Shown piece after piece: positions 28,416 through 37,425 of a stretch of DNA of 64,000 nt. Both the position numbers and the translations under genes were made by a program. This stretch comes from a virus. The notes beneath the pieces are model-generated. The model saw nothing but the letters and a program-made list of their open reading frames with translations, made no database searches and was not told the origin of the DNA. Position 1 is the first letter of the stretch; every line of letters begins with the position of its first letter. The stretch is taken from positions 1 through 64,000 of the IMG/VR virus record IMGVR_UViG_3300042298_003052; one strand, given 5' to 3'.

Positions 28416-28838
28416 CTAAACCGCGTTTCTAGTAAAATAATACAACGATTGAAATGGATATTGAATATTGGCGGTTAATGTTTCATCTGCCGCCCAAGAC
28501 CAGAACCCGATCAAATTGTTACTAGCGTCCGTTAGAACAGCAAATCTGAATGTTAAATTGCCTGTAGGCGTCAAGGTAACATCATTGAAAGTAACGCGAT
28601 GATGATTAGATCCTGAGTTCCAAGCTGATGCCGAAACGACCAACGATAGTCCTCCAGCAGGATAACCACTACCAGACAACTCGTTTGCGATCGCCGTGCT
28701 TGTGGCTGTATAGTTGGCGGCACTTGTACACAGTCTTATCTTACCGCCAGCACTGGCGGCGGTAGCGCCATTAAATAATAGATTAGCCTGTCTAGCAAGA
28801 CCTGCTTGAAAATGTGTAAATCCAGTTGGTTGAGCCAT
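28416..28838 (-). CDS. virion structural protein
   Basis: KI.L, ELSGSGY.AGG..L and F.DV motifs common in phage tail proteins. Confidence 0.6.
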   Translation of the reverse strand: MAQPTGFTHFQAGLARQANLLFNGATAASAGGKIRLCTSAANYTATSTAIANELSGSGYPAGGLSLVVSASAWNSGSNHHRVTFNDVTLTPTGNLTFRFAVLTDASNNLIGFWSWAADETLTANIQYPFQSLYYFTRNAV

Positions 28839-28915
28839 TTTTATTTATTTTTCGACTAATCCTATACTACTATATGTTTAGAATTTTGTAAAAGCTAATA
28901 TTTATAGTGAAATAG

Positions 28916-30478
28916 CTATTGAGTGGGCAATTGTTCTGTTGGTGGAGTGAAGTTCGCAGTGTATCTAGCAATACCTTTAGTAACTCTGAAATCATCAAAC
29001 CATGCGCCTCCAGATGCAATGTTAGTATCAGGCATTACTAAAAATGGACTATTATTGATATTCCAATTTCTACTATTCGAGGCAGATCCTAAACTGACAC
29101 CATTTTGGAATATTCTCATTGTGGTGCCTTGCCTAGTCAAAGCTATATGTGCCCAAGTGTTAGCACCAACAGGCGTCCAACTGAGTTCAACATCCCAAGA
29201 AACGTTCTCTAGAACAACACCAATTCTTCGACCAGAGAAGAGTCTACTACCAAAGGCAAAAAAGTTGCCCGTTTTACCAGTACAAAATCTAAATTCAGAC
29301 GCAAGAGTTCCGCTATACCTAAACCAAAATTCTATGGTGAAATCTCCTGTACCCCAATCGAAAGCGGCATCATAAGGCGTTTCAATTCTACCTCCAGTTA
29401 TAGATCCATTACCATACTTAAATTGAGAGGTAGTGATTATAGGAGTACCACTAGAGATTGTTACGGTTCTATTAGCCGGTCCAGAGTCTACAAAGGTCGT
29501 ACTACCATCAGTACCATTACCAAACAATAACAAGGAAACATTACTATAGAAAGGATCTGGAACAAAACCTTCTCCCAATTCTAGATTGACGCTAGATTCG
29601 TTACCGGTATTTAGATCAAACACAAGGTCTGTTAGAACAGAAACAACAGCACTAGATTCGTTACCGCCATTCAGATAATATACAACACCTGAAGGTTCAC
29701 CCAGTACGATATTAACGCTCGATTCTACACCTGTATTCAATTCATAGGGTGATGTGGTACCTTCTCCCAATGACAGTACACTACCAGATTCAGATCCAGA
29801 GAATAATAAGAAATAGCCTGGAGTAACAACTACAGCACCACTTTCGTCACCAGCAATGAGGACATACGTCTGTACAACTACTTCACCGGTTATTAAAGAA
29901 GCTCCGTTTTCGTTACCAGTAAAGAGTGTATAAGGTTCAAGTATACCGTTCTCTAATCTTAAATTACCTGAACTTTCTACACCAGTGTTTAGTGAATATG
30001 GATCTACTAATCCTAAAAAGGCACCAGATTGAGATCCATTGTATAATAAATAAATAGACGGTACTTCTAAAATTAAGTCAGCAGAAGATTCTGAACCTGC
30101 CTCCATTCTATATGGAATGGCCGTAGGTATCCATCCAGGACGGAATACCTCACTAAAAGTAGCTGAAAATTCCCATACATTTAATGCAGTCCATCTCCAA
30201 CTCCAATTGCTACATACAAAAAGACCGCAGTAATCGTCATTATACGGACGAAATACAAACGGTTTACCTCTATTAGATAATAAAAAATCGTTTATTTCAT
30301 TTCTATCTCTTAAAACACCTTGTAAACTAAATGTTTTTCTTACATCATTTACTAAGTTAGTTCTAGATCTACCAATGACACCATTAGTACCGTATTCTAT
30401 TAAAGAGTTTTTGGTCTCTACTTTAACAGAATTTTCATACCATAATACTAATTGTATTTCTGGAAATACTTGAGGCAT
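28916..30478 (-). CDS. second gpM-like protein fused to a repeat stalk and a LamG domain
   Basis: DFL...G.PF.FRP...C.NWS...FSATF.E; nine (Y/F)xLxxGxES repeats; DP.Y..VSLL, GDFTIEFW, DDFRVTKG.ARY..NF.PP. Confidence 0.75.
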   Translation of the reverse strand: MPQVFPEIQLVLWYENSVKVETKNSLIEYGTNGVIGRSRTNLVNDVRKTFSLQGVLRDRNEINDFLLSNRGKPFVFRPYNDDYCGLFVCSNWSWRWTALNVWEFSATFSEVFRPGWIPTAIPYRMEAGSESSADLILEVPSIYLLYNGSQSGAFLGLVDPYSLNTGVESSGNLRLENGILEPYTLFTGNENGASLITGEVVVQTYVLIAGDESGAVVVTPGYFLLFSGSESGSVLSLGEGTTSPYELNTGVESSVNIVLGEPSGVVYYLNGGNESSAVVSVLTDLVFDLNTGNESSVNLELGEGFVPDPFYSNVSLLLFGNGTDGSTTFVDSGPANRTVTISSGTPIITTSQFKYGNGSITGGRIETPYDAAFDWGTGDFTIEFWFRYSGTLASEFRFCTGKTGNFFAFGSRLFSGRRIGVVLENVSWDVELSWTPVGANTWAHIALTRQGTTMRIFQNGVSLGSASNSRNWNINNSPFLVMPDTNIASGGAWFDDFRVTKGIARYTANFTPPTEQLPTQ

Positions 30479-30540
30479 AATTAGTTAAGCTACATAATTC
30501 TAACTTAACTAACTCTGCCTCAAGTGTATCAAGCTAATTG

Positions 30541-30909
30541 CTATTCAACCACAATCTGATTGGCAAAATCGATCGCTTTTACTAAATGATGCCAAGTAGC
30601 GATCGCTTCTTCTGGTGATTCCACAATCGTTGTTACGTTCACTACTTTCTCGATATCATCATGAAAAATAGAAAAATATGCCACCAATTCAAAATATACC
30701 AACGGGAGAATATAAGGCAAATCATCAACTGAAGAATTATCGTAAATCAATACACAAATATCACACTCTCTTTCTGGAACAGGCTTGCGAACCTCATAAA
30801 CCTTTGTGTCAGGAAAAAGTGCGTTATTAATTGTTCTACGATACTGTGGATTTAATTCAAACCCAGCGATACGAAAAGATTCAAAAGCTGAGTCTAATTC
30901 TGAAATCAT
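30541..30909 (-). CDS. hypothetical protein
   Basis: Coupled ORF. Confidence 0.5.
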   Translation of the reverse strand: MISELDSAFESFRIAGFELNPQYRRTINNALFPDTKVYEVRKPVPERECDICVLIYDNSSVDDLPYILPLVYFELVAYFSIFHDDIEKVVNVTTIVESPEEAIATWHHLVKAIDFANQIVVE

Positions 30910-31127
30910 CGATTAATATGCTCCTTTACAAGCGGGTCGAATTCATACAACACAGCGAACACCGTATAAACAAGGTAACTAGACACTTTGAAGATCGCCA
31001 TAGTTATCGCTACAATAGCAGTGGCCAGTGCCATGCAAGCTATCAGATAAAATGCTATCGCTAATAAAATATTGTTATCCATTTCAATCAGCGTCCATTG
31101 GTTTATTATTTTCGTATATTGTTTCAA
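30906..31127 (-). CDS. small membrane protein
   Basis: Long hydrophobic stretch; start may be the internal ATG near 31082. Confidence 0.5.
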   Translation of the reverse strand: MKQYTKIINQWTLIEMDNNILLAIAFYLIACMALATAIVAITMAIFKVSSYLVYTVFAVLYEFDPLVKEHINR

Positions 31128-31440
31128 AAAGTTCGTTCATAAAATCAAAAGCTAATTTTACAAAACGTCTAGCATCAAACACTTTTTGAACAGACTGGGG
31201 AAACACTCTAGCTAACGTCTTAAGAATAAAAGTCGCTAACCAACGCGATCTACCAGCAAAATTCTGTGAAGACCCTTTACCTTCTACGCCAAGAATTATA
31301 GCAGAACAGAGAATGATGACTGCCCCTATAATCCCTCTTAACAACCAGTTTGCACTATCGTCGGTGACCTTAGTTTCCTTTTCCATATATGTTCTTAGGA
31401 TCTCTTGAAAAATCAATCCCTGCTGACATATAGAAATCAT
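31084..31440 (-). CDS. small membrane protein
   Basis: One TM; start probably the ATG at 31386. Confidence 0.5.
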   Translation of the reverse strand: MISICQQGLIFQEILRTYMEKETKVTDDSANWLLRGIIGAVIILCSAIILGVEGKGSSQNFAGRSRWLATFILKTLARVFPQSVQKVFDARRFVKLAFDFMNELFETIYENNKPMDAD

Positions 31441-32011
31441 ATATCTCAGTAGGGGTGAATGTCAAGAAATTCATTTTGACACTAGGTAAGTGTCCTCTAG
31501 CGATCAACACAGGATCCACAATCTCAATAATTTTCCTATAGAAGACAAGCGATCTTCTAACATGGAAGACTCTAGAAGTGGTTCTGTAAGTTCCTAAACG
31601 TTTACCTATCCCGTAGCTGTCAACGATACTGAAAGGTATAACAGAGCGAATTTCTGGTAAAGTATCATACCAGTCCATTAAAACTTTGGGAACCTTCATA
31701 TTCCAAGGTTTATTATCCTCTCTAGGAGTCTTTATAACTAAAGATTCTTGATATGATATCCAATACTCCTGACCGGTTAAAGATAGATAGAGAGGATAAT
31801 AAACACAAAGAGCTTGTAATCCCCAGTACATAGGAGACAACAATCCTGTAGGATCAAAAGATCGTCTTCTATAAAATTGGTAAAGATCTTCGTCTAAATG
31901 TATACTTAGACGACGTGCTCTTGAATCAAGTATATTATCAATCTTTTGGTTCAAACCAGTGTTGTAATTCTCTCCTGGTTTACGACCACCTTTATTTTTT
32001 TTGTTTAACAC
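31370..32011 (-). CDS. basic hypothetical protein, possibly DNA-binding
   Basis: GGRKPG and LSIHLDEDLY (RHH-like) segments. Confidence 0.5.
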   Translation of the reverse strand: MLNKKNKGGRKPGENYNTGLNQKIDNILDSRARRLSIHLDEDLYQFYRRRSFDPTGLLSPMYWGLQALCVYYPLYLSLTGQEYWISYQESLVIKTPREDNKPWNMKVPKVLMDWYDTLPEIRSVIPFSIVDSYGIGKRLGTYRTTSRVFHVRRSLVFYRKIIEIVDPVLIARGHLPSVKMNFLTFTPTEIYDFYMSAGIDFSRDPKNIYGKGN

Positions 32012-34185
32012 AAGCGTTCTTTCAACCTCGTATTACGTTTATTAACATAATTGTTTCTAACGGCTTTTTTAATAGCCTCTTCCTCGCCCACTAGAACGAT
32101 GAGTTTCTTCGCCCTAGTCCATCCAGTATACAACAAATTGCGTATCAACATAATGTGATGAGATGTGGTTACAGGTATGACCACGACAGGAAACTCAGAT
32201 CCTTGTGAACTGTGAATAGATATCGCATAAGCTAACTGCATATCACCACGTTCGTTATCATCAATAACAACCAATCGTCCTTCTTCAGGATTGGAAATGT
32301 CAGGAAATTTACAAGTCATCTCGTTTTCGGTAGTATCTATATATTCGATAGTACCGATCTCACCATTGAAAATTGATTTATCGTAATTATTAGATCGCTG
32401 AATAATGCGATCGCCTGATCTAAAACCTTTAAGTTCTTTCCCATTAGGATTCCAAAGATCTTGGATACGTTTGTTTAATTCTTGTGTACCATATTCTCCT
32501 TTGTGCATAGGAGACAAAACCTGTATATCATCTTTTTTCCAATTCAATTCAGGTAACTTTACATCCAATAACCATTGGATTGCGACAGGTATTGTCTCTT
32601 TAGGACACTTGATAAACAACGAATCACTATATGGAACGGTGGTACTTCGTCCTATTGATTCTAACTCAGGGACTTTACCAGCGTTGATACTTAGCGCACC
32701 ATCAATTATCTTACTATCAGCGGATTGTCTAAACACCTCAGTCAATCTGATAACAGGAACCGCTTTAGAGTTTATAAGATCCCGAAGAACGTTACCAGCA
32801 CCAACAGAAGGTAATTGATCAACATCACCAATAAGAACGACATTGGCGTATCGTGGTACAGATTCCATTAACGAATGAAACAATTTAATATCCACCATAG
32901 AAGCTTCGTCTAACAGCAAGACATCAAGTTCTAAAGGATTGTCTCTATTATGAACAAAATTACTACCGTTCCATCCTAAAAGTCTATGAATTGTAGTAGC
33001 ATCAATACCTGTTACTTCCTTAATTCGCATCGCTGCTTTAGCGGCCAAGGCACAAGCTTTAATTCGTAGTCCGCGACTGTGGAAGTATTGAATGATCGCG
33101 TTAGAGGTGTGCGTCTTACCTGATCCAGGACCACCTGTAAGGATCATAAAATTACAAGATGCTGCCGTTCTAATTGCTTGTCGTTGAGCTTTAGCAAGAG
33201 GTCTATTAGGGTCTTCAAATCTATCGATCCAAAGATCGATATCTACGGGAGGATCTCTGAATTCACCTACCATTTGTCTTATAAAATCGGCTGTTTCCGC
33301 TTCGGCTAAATACATAGGCCAACGATAAACAGCATCATCTTCAACATGTAACTGTTGACTATGACGAACGCTAGCTTTATTAAGATCTTTTATAACTTTC
33401 TGTATATCCTCTGGTTTTGGACTATAACCAGGTAGACGGATAAGATCGCATACTTTACTACAAAGCTCATCCATCATTAAAAAACAATGTCCTCCCCTTT
33501 GAGAAGCTTGTCTTAACTCTTCGTGTATACCGGCACTTAAACGAATAAAAGAATCGTTTTCTATTCCAAGTCCTCTGGCTAACTCATCAGATCGTTTGAA
33601 ACCAAAACCTCTTACAGAAGAAGAAAGGATATAAGGATTAGATTTTATTTCATGGATAGAATTATCTCCATACTGGTTATAGATGTTTTTCGCGTATCCA
33701 GCAGACACTCCAATACTATGTAGGAATTGGATAAGAATTCGCATTCCTTTTTTCTTACCATGATCTTCAAGAATTTTTTTCAAACTCTTTGGTCCAATTC
33801 CCTTAACCTCTATAAGGCGATCTGGTTCGTTGTCTAGAATATCAAATACGTCTTCACCAAAATGATCGTATAAAGCAATACCTTTACTACCACCTAGACC
33901 TTTAACACTTTGTAAGTATGCGATCGCAGCTTCTCTAGAAGTGGGTTCAGGTAGTGTATAACTAGAAAACTTAAACTGTCTACCATATTTTTTATGTTCT
34001 ATCCAATCCCCTATTAGACGAACAGGGCTATCTACTATAGGGTCTGGCATCGTACCTACAGCGATGAAATCCTCAAAATTATTTGGATCTCCGACCTTCA
34101 AGATCGCGTATCCATTTTCATCGTTATAAAATATTACGGAGTATATAACTACGTCAAAGGTGTTCACTATGCTTTCCTTTTCCAA
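32005..34185 (-). CDS. recD2: RecD2-like SF1B helicase
   Basis: N-terminal HKKYGRQF; HhH GIGPK; GGPGSGKT, DEASM, GDVDQLPSVG.G, FRQ, NGEIG, YAISIH.SQGSEF, LYT..TRA. Confidence 0.92.
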   Translation of the reverse strand: MEKESIVNTFDVVIYSVIFYNDENGYAILKVGDPNNFEDFIAVGTMPDPIVDSPVRLIGDWIEHKKYGRQFKFSSYTLPEPTSREAAIAYLQSVKGLGGSKGIALYDHFGEDVFDILDNEPDRLIEVKGIGPKSLKKILEDHGKKKGMRILIQFLHSIGVSAGYAKNIYNQYGDNSIHEIKSNPYILSSSVRGFGFKRSDELARGLGIENDSFIRLSAGIHEELRQASQRGGHCFLMMDELCSKVCDLIRLPGYSPKPEDIQKVIKDLNKASVRHSQQLHVEDDAVYRWPMYLAEAETADFIRQMVGEFRDPPVDIDLWIDRFEDPNRPLAKAQRQAIRTAASCNFMILTGGPGSGKTHTSNAIIQYFHSRGLRIKACALAAKAAMRIKEVTGIDATTIHRLLGWNGSNFVHNRDNPLELDVLLLDEASMVDIKLFHSLMESVPRYANVVLIGDVDQLPSVGAGNVLRDLINSKAVPVIRLTEVFRQSADSKIIDGALSINAGKVPELESIGRSTTVPYSDSLFIKCPKETIPVAIQWLLDVKLPELNWKKDDIQVLSPMHKGEYGTQELNKRIQDLWNPNGKELKGFRSGDRIIQRSNNYDKSIFNGEIGTIEYIDTTENEMTCKFPDISNPEEGRLVVIDDNERGDMQLAYAISIHSSQGSEFPVVVIPVTTSHHIMLIRNLLYTGWTRAKKLIVLVGEEEAIKKAVRNNYVNKRNTRLKERLC

Positions 34186-34204
34186 AGTGTTATTTAAGTT
34201 TTTA

Positions 34205-34238
34205 AAGCGAGGATCACTATATTTAGCGATCCTCGCTT
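34205..34238 (-). terminator. hairpin between the SSB-like gene and recD2 (weak terminator or processing site)
   Basis: AAGCGAGGATC/GATCCTCGCTT 11-bp stem; only a short U-tract. Confidence 0.45.
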
Positions 34239-34257
34239 GCGCGATCTATCCCGTTAT

Positions 34258-35445
34258 TTAGAATGGGATGTCGTCGTAACTTTTGGGTTCTTCATCTGCT
34301 TTAGGAGCAGCAGACTTAGTGGGTTCAATTAGACTCACCGTATCTTGAGAACCAGAGATCATGGCACCAATCTTTTGTACAGTTTGTACAAGAATAGGAC
34401 TGACGTTTTCTGGTACACCATTAACGATAAAATCTACGTCCATGAGATGCTGAACTTCTTTACTACCGATCTTCCCAGGTTGTAAGTTGGCTACGTTATT
34501 ATTCTGTAGATTCACAATAAATTCAGGGAATGTCGTGGTCACACTATTACCATTCATATCAACATATTTGACATGATGTTTTGACATTCTTAAACAAAGA
34601 GAACCGTTCTGAGCCTTCATGCGATAGAATATCAGATTTTTCTCTAAACGGGATTGTAGAGCTTTAGTTCGACTAGAAACGATTCCCAAATCTGCGATGG
34701 TAATATTCCATGAAACGAATTCTTTACCATCATAAGGAAGCTTTTTAGGATCACCGATGTCAGTTACCAAATAATCACCAACCGGTAACATTCTCATATC
34801 ATAGAATTTACCACCCCCTTTAGGGACGGTGGACATGTAGTCACAAATGTTACCATCTTCTAAAGCTGCTGCAAGTAGAGCTTCGGAGACTTTCACCTCT
34901 CTATCTAAAATGAGAGGGATATAGAGCAGTTCTTGATTTCCTTTTACCTTTGGATCACGAAGCTTAGCTGTAACGCTAAGAATCACATTATCATTATCAT
35001 CTTTAAGAACCTTCCCTTCAGAATTGGTTCGCGGAGTAACATCTACTGGGCCACGAAGGCTGCCAACGACAAGTCTACTTTCGCTTAGAGAAGCTTTATA
35101 AAGTGTTCGTCCTACACGTAAAACAAATTGGTCTTCATCAGTCTTATAAAAACACGGTCCATACAAACGATCAATAATCCCGTTTTCCATGTGATAGGAA
35201 AGCACTTCGGGATCGCTTTCGTCAGAATCACCAAGACGATCGCCTTCAATAGCATTTAGAAAAACTTCTACATTTTCTACAGAATTAAACACATCTGGCA
35301 TATCCTTTTCGGTAATGCCGTATTGATCCTTTAAGCACTTTACATGATTTTTTAGATCGGCCAAGGTAATGTTGTTCCATCCGTTCTGATGATGGTCAAC
35401 TTCCATGTCCGATACAAAACGAAACGTGGATAGATCAAAGTTCAT
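34258..35445 (-). CDS. putative ssDNA-binding or recombination protein
   Basis: Acidic C-terminus YDDIPF; likely start is the ATG at 35445 after GGAAAGGA; next to RecD2. Confidence 0.6.
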   Translation of the reverse strand: MNFDLSTFRFVSDMEVDHHQNGWNNITLADLKNHVKCLKDQYGITEKDMPDVFNSVENVEVFLNAIEGDRLGDSDESDPEVLSYHMENGIIDRLYGPCFYKTDEDQFVLRVGRTLYKASLSESRLVVGSLRGPVDVTPRTNSEGKVLKDDNDNVILSVTAKLRDPKVKGNQELLYIPLILDREVKVSEALLAAALEDGNICDYMSTVPKGGGKFYDMRMLPVGDYLVTDIGDPKKLPYDGKEFVSWNITIADLGIVSSRTKALQSRLEKNLIFYRMKAQNGSLCLRMSKHHVKYVDMNGNSVTTTFPEFIVNLQNNNVANLQPGKIGSKEVQHLMDVDFIVNGVPENVSPILVQTVQKIGAMISGSQDTVSLIEPTKSAAPKADEEPKSYDDIPF

Positions 35446-35572
35446 ATTTTGTTCCTTTCCCATTGAGGGAGTTTTTTGGATGATTTTTAGACTAGCGTGT
35501 ATTCCTTCAGCTTGGGCTTTAAGAACCACACCAATCAGTATAATACAGATATCCAATATTGTGTAGTATCTT

Positions 35573-36043
35573 ATGACTAGACTAACCCTTAGAATGTTGA
35601 GAAAGAGGGAACAGGATCGTTTGGCTCCTAAGAAACTACCTATAGCAGAGATAGCTCGTGTTGTGGGAGTGCATCCAAGTACCTGGTATAACTGGGAGCG
35701 ATCGCACTTTAAGGATCCTGGTTTTAAGGCTGGACAGAAGATCATAGAGATCCTTAACTGTACAGCACAGGAACTATACGAAGCGATCGACCCTACAGAA
35801 AAATACACCAAGGATTTTGAATACAACGGAGAGACTTATATTCGATGTACTCTATTAGTACAGTTGCCCGTATTTGAGCTAATAGAGGCATGGACAGCCT
35901 ATGTAGAGTACATTGGTACCTACACTAATAAAGAGATCGAACCCAGACGTAAAGGTAAAGGAGTAGAGCTTGCTGTAGCACAGGCCGCAGCTCTATCTAC
36001 AGAGTTTGGGGACTTTTACGAACACTTTGTTAAAGATCGCTGA
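35573..36043 (+). CDS. XRE-family HTH regulator
   Basis: LRMLR...AEIARVVGVHPSTWYNWER...P......I..IL.C...EL. Confidence 0.85.
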   Translation: MTRLTLRMLRKREQDRLAPKKLPIAEIARVVGVHPSTWYNWERSHFKDPGFKAGQKIIEILNCTAQELYEAIDPTEKYTKDFEYNGETYIRCTLLVQLPVFELIEAWTAYVEYIGTYTNKEIEPRRKGKGVELAVAQAAALSTEFGDFYEHFVKDR

Positions 36044-36147
36044 TTAAGGTAGCGATCGTCCCTCCTTCTCTATCGATTTAAGCTATAGTTTTGATCAAGC
36101 GTTCCGTTAGGAGCGTTTTGTTTCTGTACCTATTGAAAGAGGATTCC

Positions 36148-37425
36148 ATGAATAAATTACTAATTGACGAATATCCAATGATGGTATTACCTTCTCTATC
36201 CAACAAGATTGGATTAGAAGCGGCGATCGTACTACAGCAGATCAACTACTGGTTACGACTCAACCAAGAAGCAGAACGTACTGACACGTTCAAAGACGGG
36301 CATTGGTGGATACTTAACACGATTGAGGAATGGCAAGCTAAACAGTTTACATGGTGGTCGGTATCCACTGTTAAACGGATCCTATCGAGTCTAGAAAATA
36401 TGGGTCTTGTGATCAGTGGGAGATTCAACAAGAATCCATACGACCATACGAAAGCTTACACAATCAACTACACCGCCGTTGAGAGACTATCTCTACTGGA
36501 TATCTCATGTGTAACTAAGACTAGAACAGAGATCATAGAAGCCGTAAAAAATTTTTGCTTCGGTGAATCCAATTTGACCCAATCGATTGGTTCAGATAGA
36601 GATCATCGATCAGGTCAAATTGACCCAATCGAAGAGGTCAGTCTGAAACCTTCGGAAGGACCAGTTTGGTCCGATCTTCTATATTCTAAAAAGACTAAAG
36701 AGAATATATATACTGAAGACGCCCCTGACGGGGCATTATCCACATCTGATAGCGATCCTTCTTTATCCACGAATGTTGAACGATCTTCGTCTACTGAGAT
36801 CACATCAGTGGATCTTCTGATGAAACAGATGGTGGATCTTTATAATGAAACTCCCCCTTGTTGGAGCAATGTAAGGATCCTTGACGACGATCGTAAGAAG
36901 AAATTGCGATCGTTTATAAAGAAACATGGTGATGACGCGATCAAGATATGGACAAATGCGATCTCCTTCATTAAGATAGATCCATGGTGGAGTAGTCCAG
37001 TAGACCCTAGAACTAACACTCCCAAGAAACACGCATTTGAAACCCTTTTTACAAAATCCCATCTGATTGAGTTCAATGATAAATACTTAGCTAGTAACTC
37101 CTGTACTGGCGACTCTTCTGAAGGTGGTGAGAAGATGGATCCGCGTCTGGTGAGGATGCTGGACGATATCGATTTGATGGATCCAAACGATCCAAACGAT
37201 TTTGGTTACAAGATGATCTCTTTGGTTAACAAATATGTTAGAAATTTCCATACGAATAGCAACGAAGAAAGCTGTAATACGTTTAAGCAATTGGATCAAC
37301 ATGAATTACATCCCTTTGTTCAGGACAAAACTGGTGTTACGCTATATCAGGAGTTAAGTAGTAACGATAGACCTCGTTACGCTAAATTCTTGATCAAACT
37401 ATTGTTCAAAAAGGAAATTGTCTAG
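36148..37425 (+). CDS. phage replication initiator (replisome-organiser/lambda O-like)
   Basis: LLIDE.P...LPSL...IGL..AI.LQQI.YW, W..NT...W...F..WS.STVKR winged-helix N-terminus; internal iterons; ATG at 36148 with GAGGA RBS. Confidence 0.8.
   Translation: MNKLLIDEYPMMVLPSLSNKIGLEAAIVLQQINYWLRLNQEAERTDTFKDGHWWILNTIEEWQAKQFTWWSVSTVKRILSSLENMGLVISGRFNKNPYDHTKAYTINYTAVERLSLLDISCVTKTRTEIIEAVKNFCFGESNLTQSIGSDRDHRSGQIDPIEEVSLKPSEGPVWSDLLYSKKTKENIYTEDAPDGALSTSDSDPSLSTNVERSSSTEITSVDLLMKQMVDLYNETPPCWSNVRILDDDRKKKLRSFIKKHGDDAIKIWTNAISFIKIDPWWSSPVDPRTNTPKKHAFETLFTKSHLIEFNDKYLASNSCTGDSSEGGEKMDPRLVRMLDDIDLMDPNDPNDFGYKMISLVNKYVRNFHTNSNEESCNTFKQLDQHELHPFVQDKTGVTLYQELSSNDRPRYAKFLIKLLFKKEIV
36560..36714. repeat. 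putative origin: five 23-bp iterons plus an AT-rich tract inside the initiator gene
   Basis: TCG-started units at 36560, 36583, 36606, 36629, 36652; AT-rich 36679-36714. Confidence 0.75.

Noticed and set aside
35446-35826. N-terminal extension of ORF 34258..35826
   Set aside because: It overlaps the convincing XRE gene on the opposite strand, and a good RBS and ATG exist at 35445.
37180-37200. GATCCAAAC tandem repeat (DPNDPND)
   Set aside because: Short in-frame duplication with no sign of wider significance.
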